This document shows, piece after piece, positions 19,137-30,267 of a stretch of 64,000 bases of DNA (its first letter is position 1; every line of letters starts with the position of its first letter). Made by a program: the position numbers and the translations under genes. The notes under the pieces are model-generated. The model ran no database searches and was not told the DNA's origin. It saw nothing but the letters and a program-made list of their open reading frames with translations. This DNA is from a virus, in the IMG/VR virus record IMGVR_UViG_3300024274_000264, one strand, 5' to 3'.

Positions 19137-20444
19137 TTATCTTACTCTAATTACTACTTGTGGCGGATAAGGCAAAAGAGATAGAAGTTTATTTGTTTGT
19201 TCCATTTTGTTAGCTTCTTTTTCCATAAGTTTATCATAGCTTAAACCATCCAAATATTCTCTGGCAGTTGTTTTAAGTTTTTCAATTCCATCACCAGCAT
19301 AACTTAGTAGTTTTTCACCATTTAATGTGAGTTCTGCCCCAGGAATAGGCACAACATTTGTTTTTGAACGAATCCATCCGAGAGTTTCAGCGCATAAATA
19401 AAGAGAATATTCTCTGATCCAGTTTCTGCACCATATGTTTAAACTATCATAATTTACAATTCCAAATGGCACATTTGCTGGGTTAGAAACTCCGTATAGA
19501 TTTGAGGCAAAATTATATGTGCCTCCTGGCCCCGTGCCAGGATGTAATCCTGATCCTAATGAAGCACTAGATTGAACAAAATTAGAATCCATTCTTGGGT
19601 CATATGGAGGCTGCTTAAATCCAACTCTAACCCAAACTCTTCGAACAGAACCTGAAGCCATAAAATCTCCAACTCCTGGAACTGGATATAGTCTGAGATT
19701 TCTTCCAAATTGTTCATAAGAATAATGGGATCTTCTAATTCTTCTTGCGTCTTCATAAAGACCAGCCCTTAAAACATCTTCATAAAGAGGAAGAACGAAA
19801 TATTTTGTATCTGGTACCGCAACTCCTGCTTCTGTTGTAAAATCAGAGCCATACGCGATTGTAGATCCATAGTTTGAGTTAAAGATATATTCAACAGGTT
19901 CAAAATGAAAAACTTCATAAACTGTAAACCTTACATTGGAGCCCGATGGTTGATATCCAAATAATGTATTCCCCGCCTCGTCTTTTAATTCAGTGTATAG
20001 ATCATAATCTTGGCGACTAGCTGTTAAAATTATAGATCCAGAATAAGATTCGGCCCAGTTTCCAATTCCGATATACCCAGTATATGGACCCGATAGAGAA
20101 TCTAAAAAGTTTAAATTTTGTTGAACAAATGTATTTGATAAATTAATGGAAAATAACCCGTTAGAACCAGAAATATAACTTGCCGTAGGGGAACCTAAAA
20201 GGGAAGCTAAATTACTTTTTGCTTGGTATTCAACAAGAAGAGCATTCAATTGGACTGTTGCTTCTTCAAAAGCATTCCAAATTATTTTTTTTGTAAGCTC
20301 AACGCTTAAAACTTGTTCTCCAAATTTTGTTAATACAAATCTTACAAGATTATCAGCGTCTGATTGAAATAGTGGTGAACTATCATATAAACCATATGAT
20401 GTTGGATTTATTGTTTGATTAAAGCCGCTTCCAATTGATGTCAT
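19137..20444 (-). CDS. Neck protein/adaptor (T4 gp13-like)
   Basis: VELT...AFEEA; WIREY...ETLGWIRSK...PIPGAELTLNGE; synteny. Confidence 0.75.
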   Translation of the reverse strand: MTSIGSGFNQTINPTSYGLYDSSPLFQSDADNLVRFVLTKFGEQVLSVELTKKIIWNAFEEATVQLNALLVEYQAKSNLASLLGSPTASYISGSNGLFSINLSNTFVQQNLNFLDSLSGPYTGYIGIGNWAESYSGSIILTASRQDYDLYTELKDEAGNTLFGYQPSGSNVRFTVYEVFHFEPVEYIFNSNYGSTIAYGSDFTTEAGVAVPDTKYFVLPLYEDVLRAGLYEDARRIRRSHYSYEQFGRNLRLYPVPGVGDFMASGSVRRVWVRVGFKQPPYDPRMDSNFVQSSASLGSGLHPGTGPGGTYNFASNLYGVSNPANVPFGIVNYDSLNIWCRNWIREYSLYLCAETLGWIRSKTNVVPIPGAELTLNGEKLLSYAGDGIEKLKTTAREYLDGLSYDKLMEKEANKMEQTNKLLSLLPYPPQVVIRVR

Positions 20445-20518
20445 TTTAACATTCTTAATTATAACTTCTTTTCTATAAGCTTTTATTTTAGTTGTTATAG
20501 TTGAAACTTTAAAATTAT

Positions 20519-21271
20519 TTGATTGTAGTTAATTTTGTTGTGGGAAATTTTAAGTTTAAAAAAATAAAAGATGAACCAATCGGAAAACTTGTGAGGCCAA
20601 AAAAACTATATAAAGGCTATATTTTCCCAAACGAAATAAAATTTAACCAAAATTTTTCTTCTTGGTTTACTCCAAATATTAAACTGCAATGTAAACTTCA
20701 GACAACAAGAGAAGCTCAAATAACATATAAGAATTTTTCTAAATCGCATACAAAAGATATTGTAAAACAATTTAAAGAATTGAATTTGCGCGATGAAATT
20801 GACGAGAATCAAATTTTAGATGGATATGTGGCGGAAATAACAGGATTTATTTATTACTATAAAGGCGAATATCATCTTTGCAAATCGAAAAAAGAAGAAA
20901 TCGCAATGATAAAAAAATCGAAAAAAATTGCGAACTTTAACATTTCTTTTCTTGTGGTTAAACTTTTTAATAGTGCCGACTTAAAAAAAGAAAAAGGACT
21001 CAATGAGTGGAGTTACCATTCGATTGAGTCCTTTGAATTAATTTATCAAACAAAAGAAGTTGTCGATTTAAAATATATTCTAGAAATGAAAGCTGTGGTA
21101 CCAGGAACAGCATTAAAAACAAGTAAACAAACGTATATCGTTTTACTTAATGAACGAAAACCAAAACTAAATATTATTTTTAATTCATTAAGTTTAAATA
21201 AACTTTATTGTCTTGGTCAAAACAAATTAAAATATATAAAAGCAGATATATTTTACTCTATAGAGTATTAA
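20519..21271 (+). CDS. Hypothetical basic protein
   Basis: 250-codon ORF filling the gap between minus-strand genes. Confidence 0.65.
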   Translation: MIVVNFVVGNFKFKKIKDEPIGKLVRPKKLYKGYIFPNEIKFNQNFSSWFTPNIKLQCKLQTTREAQITYKNFSKSHTKDIVKQFKELNLRDEIDENQILDGYVAEITGFIYYYKGEYHLCKSKKEEIAMIKKSKKIANFNISFLVVKLFNSADLKKEKGLNEWSYHSIESFELIYQTKEVVDLKYILEMKAVVPGTALKTSKQTYIVLLNERKPKLNIIFNSLSLNKLYCLGQNKLKYIKADIFYSIEY

Positions 21272-21531
21272 GCTTGTGATTTTTCAACGAGTTCAGTTAA
21301 TTCTTGAACTTGTTTGTTGTAAGTTTCAACATATGAAGGAGTTAACACTAGCTTTCCTTCCATTCCTTTTTGGTCACTTTCAACAACTCTAATCATTCTA
21401 AAATGATCTACGGCATTTGTTTGAGTTGCCATTGCTACACAAACTAAGTTTGCAAGTTGGCCAATTAATTGATCCGAAAGTTTATATTCCTTTGTTGTAT
21501 CTTTTTTATCCATAAAACAATTATAAACCAA
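21268..21531 (-). CDS. Hypothetical protein
   Basis: 87 aa, overlaps the dnaJ stop. Confidence 0.65.
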   Translation of the reverse strand: MVYNCFMDKKDTTKEYKLSDQLIGQLANLVCVAMATQTNAVDHFRMIRVVESDQKGMEGKLVLTPSYVETYNKQVQELTELVEKSQA

Positions 21532-22513
21532 GATTTTTCAAATTGTTTAACACTTCTTTTTGTTTTTCTGTTAATTCGGTTGGAATTTTCGGAGAAATGT
21601 TAATTTTAAGTGGCAATCTTAAGCCTTTATGTGGAAATCCTTTATCTTTAACAAGTACATATTGTTCACCAGTTTTAGTTTCAAACCAAAAATCTCCTTG
21701 GTTGTCTTCGATATTTAATTTAAATTTACCTCCAAGTAAGAAATCACTAAATGGAAGACTAAAATCAATGGCTAAAATTCTTTCATTTTCAAAAATTTCC
21801 ATTTTAGTTGATTCAGGAATAACAGTTTGAACCTTGAGCATAAAAACATATTCAATATCTTGAATTTTTCTTATGATTTTTTTGTTTATTGGATAACAAG
21901 GTTCAAAAACAATTTCTTCTTCTAATGTATATTGTATATGACCTTCGCCTTTACAATCTCCACATTTTATCATTTCTTTTTTAGAGCCGCCGCAAACACC
22001 ACAAGTGGTTGTTTGTCTAAACAATCCAAATGTTCTTTTTTCGTCAACAGTCTTTGTACCTTTGCCATTACATTCTTTACATGGATTTTTTGTTGGTACA
22101 ACTCCATGCCCGCCGCATGTTGCACAGTTTAACCCAAAATTATAGTGAATATGTTTTTTACAACCAGTAATAGCTTCTACAAAGCTCAATTGAATTGAAT
22201 CTGGTAGTTCGACTTGGATATTGGAAAGTTTTTGTGCTCTGTTTTGAAATTTTGAAAACACACTTGAGAAAAAATCAGAAAATCCATACTCTTCTTGTGA
22301 TTGTTGCGACGCTTCATACGATCCATCCTTTATAGAATTGTATGCTTTTTGGACTTCTTTAAATTTGTCTTCCGCTTCTTTTTGTTTTTCTTGCGATTCT
22401 GTTGCAAATTTATCTGGGTGAAATTCAAAGCATTTTTGTTTATATGCTTTTTTTAATTCTTCTTCGGCGCAACCCTTCTCAACTCCCAAGATTTCGTACG
22501 GATTTTTTTCCAT
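21521..22513 (-). CDS. dnaJ: DnaJ-type co-chaperone
   Basis: J-domain (NPYEILGV, HPD, KFKEVQKAY) and four CxxCxGxG repeats. Confidence 0.9.
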   Translation of the reverse strand: MEKNPYEILGVEKGCAEEELKKAYKQKCFEFHPDKFATESQEKQKEAEDKFKEVQKAYNSIKDGSYEASQQSQEEYGFSDFFSSVFSKFQNRAQKLSNIQVELPDSIQLSFVEAITGCKKHIHYNFGLNCATCGGHGVVPTKNPCKECNGKGTKTVDEKRTFGLFRQTTTCGVCGGSKKEMIKCGDCKGEGHIQYTLEEEIVFEPCYPINKKIIRKIQDIEYVFMLKVQTVIPESTKMEIFENERILAIDFSLPFSDFLLGGKFKLNIEDNQGDFWFETKTGEQYVLVKDKGFPHKGLRLPLKINISPKIPTELTEKQKEVLNNLKNLGL

Positions 22514-22576
22514 GATTTTTTGCTCCTAGCTGGCTACTCGTAAGCACGAACGCGAGGAGTGTCAAGGTCGAGGAAA

Positions 22577-25500
22577 TTAGACTCTTCTATTTGAATTTGA
22601 ACGGGAAATATCATCTAATTGAACTGTAAATGCATTTACCTGATCGATAAATGAGCGATACTTTCCATATCCATCGTAAAATACAAATTTTATGTCTGTT
22701 TTAAACTCACCTTGCGTTATTGTGTGATTAAGACCATTTACAACATAAATGTTATCTACGGTTGTTCCTGTCTGAAAATCTATAAAAACTCTTTGCGCGA
22801 AATTGATTAACGTATTTCCAAAACAAGAGACATTCAATTCCGCAGGAATAATTTGTATAGGTAATCCACCAGGTTGTTCGCCGTTTGCTCTTTGAGGATT
22901 GGCATTTGTGCTTCGTATCATGTTAACAGAAGATAAAGCAGGGTCATTTTGGGATGTAAGGGTTGCTGTTTGAATTGTTGTTCCCGCACATCCATATATA
23001 ATGTATGGCATTGTCTTCATTATAAATTCTTTGAGTTTTCCTTGACTTCCAACAAATTTATAATAGGAATATCTACCATCAGGATTAAGCTCTCTCCTTG
23101 ATGGTTCTATTCTTTCAATTAAACCATTTCTTACAGCACTACCTATTATTTGTTCTATTTGTTGTTTTTGGGCTTGACCAATTCTAGAATTTTGGTTTGT
23201 TGAATCAGCAGTTATTGTTGAAAAAGCAGAAAGGGTATTGTCTCTTGCAATTTCTAAAATACTTCCAAGACCTTCATACTGTGATGCTTGTTTGTCATAG
23301 ACATGAATTTTTAGAATTGTTTTAGAATTGTCTATTGTTTCTTCTAGTGAATTTGGGACGAAATTTTTTCGAGGAATACTTTCAATATAAAGTTCTATTG
23401 TTGGTTGTTTAAAGGTTCCATCTGGTGTTATGTTTCGCAACCTTTCGCTTATTTCAGTTTGAAGTCTAACAGCGTCGAATCTTGCAGTTGTTTGAGGTTG
23501 GTTTGTATTTCTATCAACTGTTTTTTCATAAAAATCATCAACACCGTAAACAGGTGCGGCGGGATCATCTATAATTGTTGATTGAATAAATTGCATAAAG
23601 TCATTCAAGTTCACGTTGGCCGCGCGAGAAACAGATTCCATTCTAAATCGAAAGTATTGCTCAATCATGAACCTTAAATCAATCATAAATTGCCCAGTGT
23701 GCAAAAACCTAGCGTATCCAGAATAATTGTTAAAAGGATAAAAAACAAATTGTATTTCGTCGTACTTTCCTGTTGCCGCAAGTGGTTGTCCAATAAATGT
23801 CATTAATAATTTACCAAGCGATATTTGTTCATTGTTAAATTCATTTAATAGGTTATTAGAAATATTTTGCCCAGGAACAGTCTGTTGTCTTTGATTAGCG
23901 CCATCGCCGCTTCTTAATACCCTTCTGAAAGTTTCTGAGGGTCTTCTTACAGGAGCTCCCTGAATTCTTCTATCAGGCAATTCAAATCCAACTGGATAGA
24001 ATGGGTCGTATCCATCTTTAAGAATAGAAAACTGTTGCCTTATATCCGACTGAATTGAATTTGATAATTGTTCGAGAGCAGAAGTTTGTCCCGCTTGTCT
24101 ATTATTCCCTCTAGTATTTCTATTTTGATTTATTGTTTGAAACATAGACGTTAAAGAATCTAAAAGTGCAGAAACGTCTCTATTTCGCGAAGAAATAGGG
24201 CCTAAACTTTGTTTTAATTCTCTTATTTGATTAATAATTTCTGGGGATAGTCTAATGTTTGATTGAATATCTGATGCAGTATCTAATGCTTGAATTCCTC
24301 TAATTTCTCTTGAGGCTGTATTCCCACTAGATTGATTTGGAATTGCTTGTCTAAATCTTGAAATTATATCACTAAGTTCTTGAATTCTTACAATTGATTG
24401 CCGCGTCGCTTCCGAAGCTGTTGCAATATTTGAGGTATAAATATCTGTTCCACCTTTTGTAAAAAGTTCGAGAGTTATATTAACTTGACCTACTTCATCA
24501 AAAGTAAATTGGACATTTTTTATTCCATATTTTTCTTTTATTCTTGTGGAATTAAATAAATCAGCATAAGAATTGTTCAATTCGGCTCCATCAGGATGTG
24601 CCCATCCATATTCAACCATTAATTCTGTTGTTCCATATAAATCAGGTTTAACCAAATCTGCAATTTCATGCAGTCTACTTCTATCATGCAAAATAAATTC
24701 CATTTTTGCTGTTTTAAATGAAAATAAACCAACAGATGGGGCAACGTCAATTGAAAGTTGTTTGAAACTTAAAAATGGGCGAAATTTATCAATAACAGAT
24801 GTTGATCTTAAATTATATTCATTTGTAGAACTGTTTAATCTGTTATATTTTGGATTAGGAGTGTCGGCGTTAACCATAGTTTGCGGAGAAGTGAAAAGCT
24901 CCATTCCAGCAATAGCAAGATTTCCAGTATCGTTGCGCGCACCCTCAATTCTTCCTTCGACTTGATTTCCTTTGGCTAAAAGTGCTAAAGTAGAGTTGTC
25001 TCTTACTTTTACAGCACCTTCTAAAAATTTAAAAATAGAAGGTGCCGATAAGTTTCCATCGTAATCAGTTGTGGGCTTTCCAAACATAAACTGAACATCG
25101 AGATATGGAATAAGTCTGCTAAGCTCTATATTTGGTATACCATTAAATAAAATAGAAAGTCCTTCTGTATCTTTTGCCGACGGAGAAATATTTGGACTGA
25201 AAATTTCAATCGCTGAAAGTTTTTTAACTATATTATCGTCGTCTTGTTTGTTTAACATTTCTCCAATATCGGCAGTAGAAAATTGATTTTCATTAAGTTT
25301 TGAACTATGGTGAAGTTTTACAAAATTACTAATTTTCGATTGTAAATCCGCTTGATTTATAGTGTTTGAGCCTCTCGTATAATAATCTAGAGCCGTATGT
25401 AAATCATTTCTTGAAGATTCTGGGTATTCTGTTGGTGGAGTTCTGCGAACTCCGTCAATAATTTGACCAGTTGCACCTGTGGCTGTGCGGTTTCTAACTT

Positions 25501-25756
25501 CATCAATTACTGGAAGCGCACCTTCTCTAGTATTAATAATCAGGTCTACAATTTTTGCTTCGGCTTGAGATGGTTGAATTGAACTATCAATATTTCTTAT
25601 ATTATTTGACAACCCCTGTAGCTGTTCGAGGGCAATTGCCGAAGACAAATCCTTTGTTGTTAAAACGCCAAAATATGGCGCAAGTTTCTCAACAGCTTTG
25701 TAATAATATATTTTATCTAATTTTTTTACCATCTCACAGTTAAGTAATGAGATCAA
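22577..25756 (-). CDS. Large baseplate hub/tail-associated protein
   Basis: 1059 aa next to a LysM gene; VE(Y)GW and C-terminal G.YVV.GL.HTI..GEFKT.IKF pattern typical of gp27/GpD-like hubs. Confidence 0.55.
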   Translation of the reverse strand: MISLLNCEMVKKLDKIYYYKAVEKLAPYFGVLTTKDLSSAIALEQLQGLSNNIRNIDSSIQPSQAEAKIVDLIINTREGALPVIDEVRNRTATGATGQIIDGVRRTPPTEYPESSRNDLHTALDYYTRGSNTINQADLQSKISNFVKLHHSSKLNENQFSTADIGEMLNKQDDDNIVKKLSAIEIFSPNISPSAKDTEGLSILFNGIPNIELSRLIPYLDVQFMFGKPTTDYDGNLSAPSIFKFLEGAVKVRDNSTLALLAKGNQVEGRIEGARNDTGNLAIAGMELFTSPQTMVNADTPNPKYNRLNSSTNEYNLRSTSVIDKFRPFLSFKQLSIDVAPSVGLFSFKTAKMEFILHDRSRLHEIADLVKPDLYGTTELMVEYGWAHPDGAELNNSYADLFNSTRIKEKYGIKNVQFTFDEVGQVNITLELFTKGGTDIYTSNIATASEATRQSIVRIQELSDIISRFRQAIPNQSSGNTASREIRGIQALDTASDIQSNIRLSPEIINQIRELKQSLGPISSRNRDVSALLDSLTSMFQTINQNRNTRGNNRQAGQTSALEQLSNSIQSDIRQQFSILKDGYDPFYPVGFELPDRRIQGAPVRRPSETFRRVLRSGDGANQRQQTVPGQNISNNLLNEFNNEQISLGKLLMTFIGQPLAATGKYDEIQFVFYPFNNYSGYARFLHTGQFMIDLRFMIEQYFRFRMESVSRAANVNLNDFMQFIQSTIIDDPAAPVYGVDDFYEKTVDRNTNQPQTTARFDAVRLQTEISERLRNITPDGTFKQPTIELYIESIPRKNFVPNSLEETIDNSKTILKIHVYDKQASQYEGLGSILEIARDNTLSAFSTITADSTNQNSRIGQAQKQQIEQIIGSAVRNGLIERIEPSRRELNPDGRYSYYKFVGSQGKLKEFIMKTMPYIIYGCAGTTIQTATLTSQNDPALSSVNMIRSTNANPQRANGEQPGGLPIQIIPAELNVSCFGNTLINFAQRVFIDFQTGTTVDNIYVVNGLNHTITQGEFKTDIKFVFYDGYGKYRSFIDQVNAFTVQLDDISRSNSNRRV

Positions 25757-26021
25757 TATCTTCTAAATTGGGAATAATAACAACAGTACCAGGAGGAACC
25801 TGTAAACAGTTACCAATGTTTGAAGCGGCGGCTAAAATATCATATTTAAAAGAATCCCCATAATATTGAGCAGCTAAAGTATCAAGACGCTCTCGTCCAG
25901 TTAAAATATGTTCTTCATAGCGTATTTGTCCTGTTTCAATCGCTTTTCTAATTTTGGGAATAAATTCGGATGTTCCATATTGTGTACCGAAATTTAAAAG
26001 TGGTGATTTGTCATATCTCAT
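25740..26021 (-). CDS. LysM/tail-X-like baseplate protein
   Basis: HILTGRERLDTLAAQYYGD...ILAAASNI...VPPGTVVIIP. Confidence 0.75.
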   Translation of the reverse strand: MRYDKSPLLNFGTQYGTSEFIPKIRKAIETGQIRYEEHILTGRERLDTLAAQYYGDSFKYDILAAASNIGNCLQVPPGTVVIIPNLEDIDLIT

Positions 26022-29000
26022 GTTCTAGGACCTCTTACAGATGGAAAGTTATACACAACTCTGCTTTGGTGAAAGTTTTTATGGCCTTCATCTGAAGAGT
26101 GATTCTTTCCCATTAAATTTGTAACAATTTGACCAGATGGCCATATTGGTGCAGTCATTGCACCTTTATAATCTAATCCTGGATTTATATCATAAATTGG
26201 CGTTATTTCCATATTAACGGTAACAAGAGAAGGAACTCTTCCATCAAATTTATCTGTTATCCAAGGAGCATCCATAATGTTTTCAAAATTCATTGATTTT
26301 ATAACACAAGCAAGTCCTTTACCTTCTGTTGTACAAAAGGCTTTCATAATTGGATTTGCGTTCTCTCCATCGCATTTAAAAAAATCTGCAACGGTTGTGT
26401 TAATAGTTTCTCTTTGGGTTATTGGATCTGCTGGTTCCACATTTTCTCTTGGAGGCAGAATTCTAGTTAACCTGTCTGGATTGACACACACAACATCCCC
26501 TGTTGGATCGTCGTTAACCATGTTAAATAGCGATGTTGGACTTTGACCACGACGATTTCCAGAAATTGTTCTAAAACCAAGCTGTTGTCCGTCGGGTCTT
26601 GTGTCTGTTATTCTTACGAGATAGTTATTTCCTGTTCCTCTTGTGGAAGGGTGGAACTCAACAATTTCTCCTCGAACGTAACCAGAAGGAATGTATAAAA
26701 AAGCACCAGGAACAATTCTATATTGTCCAATTTGTTGCCCGAGTTGTCTTGCATTTGTCGAAACAGAATCATTTGGAACAACAACAGGCCATCGGTTTTT
26801 ATTAGAAGTTGGTCGAATCTCCACAGAATCTCCAGGCTGTAATGGTCTGCGTAAAGTTGCAGCTTCATTGTTTCGTCTTTGTTGTTGGGCACGAATATTA
26901 TCAGTTGGCTGTCTAATAGATATTTGTCTTTCGGTTGCTAGTTTAAATGTTTCTTCTCTGCCTTGAATTTGTCCAGACAAACCAAACAGTCTAGCAACAG
27001 CAAGCTTAGAATAATTCGATTTCCATAAATCGCCAAGTCTTAATCTTATAAGAGGTGTTGCCGCAAAAACTTGAGAAAATGGTTGAATAAATTTATTTCC
27101 TTGGTGGGATAAAATACGTCCTTCGGAATATTGAGGATGCAAACATGCAGCAAGACGATTTAATTTATACCACATTTGATCGTGATCGGAATCATTTACT
27201 GCTAATACTTTAAAAGAAAAACTTATACTTCTTTTTGTATTTTTATAAATTGGAACAACACCAATTCTTCCATATCCTTCAACTTCATTATATTCTGCTT
27301 GAATACTGTCAGAGGCAGAATCTAAAAAAGCATGAAATGAAATAATTTCATTTGTTCTTAAATCATGAAAATAAAATGGCATATAATCTCTTTCAAGATA
27401 ATCTTCCATTTTTTTAACTTCAGCTTTTGGAATTCTTCCATTTATGTAATCGTTCGTATGAACAACATTTGATTCTGAAAGTTTTCTTGTAGCTTTTGCC
27501 GCTGGATTCTCTTCTCCGTTTAAAAGTTTATCTGCCTCTATAATAGATTGCGGCATCAAAAGCATAGACTGTAAATTGCTATTAGCATACGCAGTTCCAC
27601 CATTGGTTTGATCTAAACGATGTTTAACAACAAAAATACCAGGATTTACTCTTTGATCATCATTTGAAATTTTTTCTTGTATACCATCTATTGCGGATAT
27701 TGTGGTTTCTAAACCAGGAACAGGAGATTGTTGTTGTAATTCATTTACAATCAAAACTTTATCTCCAATCAAGGCTAAAAACTTAATAAATTTAAGCACG
27801 AAATTTGACTTAAGTTTTTCCATTAAGTTTTCTGGCGAAAGGGTTTCTCTTATTTCTGATCCTTGTCCAAGATTCACATTTTGTAACAACGAACCAAATC
27901 CACCTAAAATCAATTCTTGTATACCAGCATTTAATTTTCGAATAAAAATTGAATAATATCCGAAGTTTTTCATACTTGTAATGTCTTCAGAAGCTCTTAT
28001 CGAACTAATAAGGGAATCACCTAGTCCAAAGAATTGTTTAAATCCAGCATCTATTGATAAAAAGAAGTCATTTGTAATTTGAGGTAATTCAAATGGATCT
28101 AATATGTTTTGTAACAAATCAGAACCAGCATTAGCTGTTGAACTTCCAAATAATTTTTGGCGGTCTCTTGAACTTCCATTTGCTAGGTGATCGCCTTGAG
28201 TTCTTCCTGTTAGGTTTAATGATATTGCGATCTTTTTAAGCAAAAAAGATATTGTTGTTAACGTTGCTAGTGTTTTTGCTAAAGATAAAGGTGAGCCTGT
28301 ACCAGTAAAAGGTTTAAAAGGATTGTTTGGGCTCCCAAAAGAGGTAATCGAATAAGAATTGTCTATTACAGAATCTCCGTTATCAGTTGCTTTAAATCCA
28401 GGTTTTATATCTTCAAGAATTTTTGAAGCTTTTGTCAAACCAAATGTAATTTTGCTACCTAATTCTGTCGCGCTAGGAACTAGGTTTGCAGCATCGATAG
28501 CAGCTATACTATTTCCTGCTGAATTTGTTATTGCAGAGTTAGATTCTCCAGAACTTGCCAAAAGAATTTTCAATCCAACAGATTTCATATCTTCAATTGT
28601 AAGTTGATTTATTTTAGGATCTGATTCTACAGTCGAAGGAAATTTTCTTGGACCATGAACTCCAAGTGTTTTATACGCTATTGTTCCTAAAACAATTTTA
28701 TTTTCATCTGGGTCGTTTTCTTTTATTATTGGATTTGAGGGGCTGTAAACATTGTTTTCACTCAATAGTTTTTCAACAGATACATTTATTTTTGATTCTT
28801 CTTTATTTATCTCAATATCGTTAAGAGCATCTTGCCAATCCATAGCTTCTGGTGCTGGACTGTATTTTCCTCTTTTTATTTTAACTGTCAGTTGCCCGCT
28901 GTCCGAAGTCGTAGCAAAATTCAGTTTTGCTTCTTCTGATGCTATAGCTTTAATAAAAGTATTTTGTTCTTCTGAAACTGTTGATATTGAATTCTCACCG

Positions 29001-29206
29001 CCACCAACATTTCCCTCAACATATGTTTTCTGAATAGGAAATTTATCTTTAGCATTTAGACTGTTTAATCCAACCTGCTCAGAAATTTCTTTTTTTAGTG
29101 GCGCAATAAAGTCATCACCAGAATATGGTTCCTTTTTATTTTTTTGAAGTTCGCTTTCTAAAATGATAAAAATTTTACCATTTTCTTGATGTCTATAAAG
29201 TGCCAT
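26018..29206 (-). CDS. Large baseplate/tube-initiator-like protein
   Basis: FHAFLDSASDS..AEY....YGR...VPIYKNTKRSISFSFKV...PLIRLRLGD resembles gp48/gp54-type tube-initiator domains. Confidence 0.55.
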   Translation of the reverse strand: MALYRHQENGKIFIILESELQKNKKEPYSGDDFIAPLKKEISEQVGLNSLNAKDKFPIQKTYVEGNVGGGENSISTVSEEQNTFIKAIASEEAKLNFATTSDSGQLTVKIKRGKYSPAPEAMDWQDALNDIEINKEESKINVSVEKLLSENNVYSPSNPIIKENDPDENKIVLGTIAYKTLGVHGPRKFPSTVESDPKINQLTIEDMKSVGLKILLASSGESNSAITNSAGNSIAAIDAANLVPSATELGSKITFGLTKASKILEDIKPGFKATDNGDSVIDNSYSITSFGSPNNPFKPFTGTGSPLSLAKTLATLTTISFLLKKIAISLNLTGRTQGDHLANGSSRDRQKLFGSSTANAGSDLLQNILDPFELPQITNDFFLSIDAGFKQFFGLGDSLISSIRASEDITSMKNFGYYSIFIRKLNAGIQELILGGFGSLLQNVNLGQGSEIRETLSPENLMEKLKSNFVLKFIKFLALIGDKVLIVNELQQQSPVPGLETTISAIDGIQEKISNDDQRVNPGIFVVKHRLDQTNGGTAYANSNLQSMLLMPQSIIEADKLLNGEENPAAKATRKLSESNVVHTNDYINGRIPKAEVKKMEDYLERDYMPFYFHDLRTNEIISFHAFLDSASDSIQAEYNEVEGYGRIGVVPIYKNTKRSISFSFKVLAVNDSDHDQMWYKLNRLAACLHPQYSEGRILSHQGNKFIQPFSQVFAATPLIRLRLGDLWKSNYSKLAVARLFGLSGQIQGREETFKLATERQISIRQPTDNIRAQQQRRNNEAATLRRPLQPGDSVEIRPTSNKNRWPVVVPNDSVSTNARQLGQQIGQYRIVPGAFLYIPSGYVRGEIVEFHPSTRGTGNNYLVRITDTRPDGQQLGFRTISGNRRGQSPTSLFNMVNDDPTGDVVCVNPDRLTRILPPRENVEPADPITQRETINTTVADFFKCDGENANPIMKAFCTTEGKGLACVIKSMNFENIMDAPWITDKFDGRVPSLVTVNMEITPIYDINPGLDYKGAMTAPIWPSGQIVTNLMGKNHSSDEGHKNFHQSRVVYNFPSVRGPRT

Positions 29207-29307
29207 TGTTTTACAAAATTAATTATTTGACATGCTTTTTTCTGAATTATAATTTCGACAAATTAATTATTCTTGATTGTATAATACAATAGGAGAGAAA
29301 ACTATTA

Positions 29308-29955
29308 ATGGCTAAAAAAATAAATGCTTTAACAGAAGCTGTAGCGAACTATGAATTAGTGTTACTGAAACACAAAGACGCATTAAAAGAAATGCTTAAA
29401 CACGACTGTTTTAAAGATGCAAAAAAAGAATTTGACTCTAAAGAAGAAGTTGCACTTCACGAAAGTTTAAACGAAGTTTGGGGAAGAGCACCAGAAGAAA
29501 AACATGTATCTCTTACAGGCGGTAATGTTGGTCCTGGTCAATATGGCGAAGCAACAAAACCTCTTGGTAAACTTAGAGCAGCTTTAAAATCTGCCGAAAT
29601 GGATTCATTTCAAACAGTAAATGACCTTTCAGAAAAACTTGAAACAGTTGTCGGCGCCGTTGATGATGTTCTTCCACTTTTAGATTCAGAAGAACCCGTC
29701 GTAAGAAAAGAAGCCAAAGTTTTAGTCGCAAAACTTTATTTCGCTATTTCAAACATGTTTAAGGTTGTAACAGAAAAAGCAAAAGAATTAAGACTTAAAC
29801 TTCCAAGAGATTTTGATACAGAAGAGGCCCGCAATCTAATGCGAAATGCAAATATGGCTACTACGGCATCTAGCTCCGAAGTTGATGCAAATATTCCAAA
29901 AACGAGAGAACCAGGATTTTTTCGTGGAATAATGGATAAAATAAGAGGCCGATAA
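29308..29955 (+). CDS. Hypothetical protein, probably virion-associated
   Basis: AGGAG SD; helical; LHE/LNE sites resembling prohead-protease sites. Confidence 0.7.
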   Translation: MAKKINALTEAVANYELVLLKHKDALKEMLKHDCFKDAKKEFDSKEEVALHESLNEVWGRAPEEKHVSLTGGNVGPGQYGEATKPLGKLRAALKSAEMDSFQTVNDLSEKLETVVGAVDDVLPLLDSEEPVVRKEAKVLVAKLYFAISNMFKVVTEKAKELRLKLPRDFDTEEARNLMRNANMATTASSSEVDANIPKTREPGFFRGIMDKIRGR

Positions 29956-29958
29956 ATA

Positions 29959-30267
29959 ATGAAAAAAGTTCAATTTAAAAATGAAATGAAAACAGTTCTA
30001 AAAGAAGGACTTTTATCAAAAATTGTAAATCCAGGACATGGAGAGCTTGATAAATATTTAACCAAGGTTGATAAAGTTATTACAGATACAATCGAAACTT
30101 GTGGCGAACTTATTGAAGAAGGTGAAGAACTTATGGAAGAAGATATACTTCGCCTCCCACAAGTTGGAGAAAGAAACAGAATAATTCTTGATATGATTGG
30201 TATTTTGAGAAAACTTAAAAATGATTTAGCAACAATGCCAAATCAAACAAGACAAAAAATGGGTTAA
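29959..30267 (+). CDS. Hypothetical protein
   Basis: 102 aa, helical, N-terminal VLKE motif. Confidence 0.7.
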   Translation: MKKVQFKNEMKTVLKEGLLSKIVNPGHGELDKYLTKVDKVITDTIETCGELIEEGEELMEEDILRLPQVGERNRIILDMIGILRKLKNDLATMPNQTRQKMG

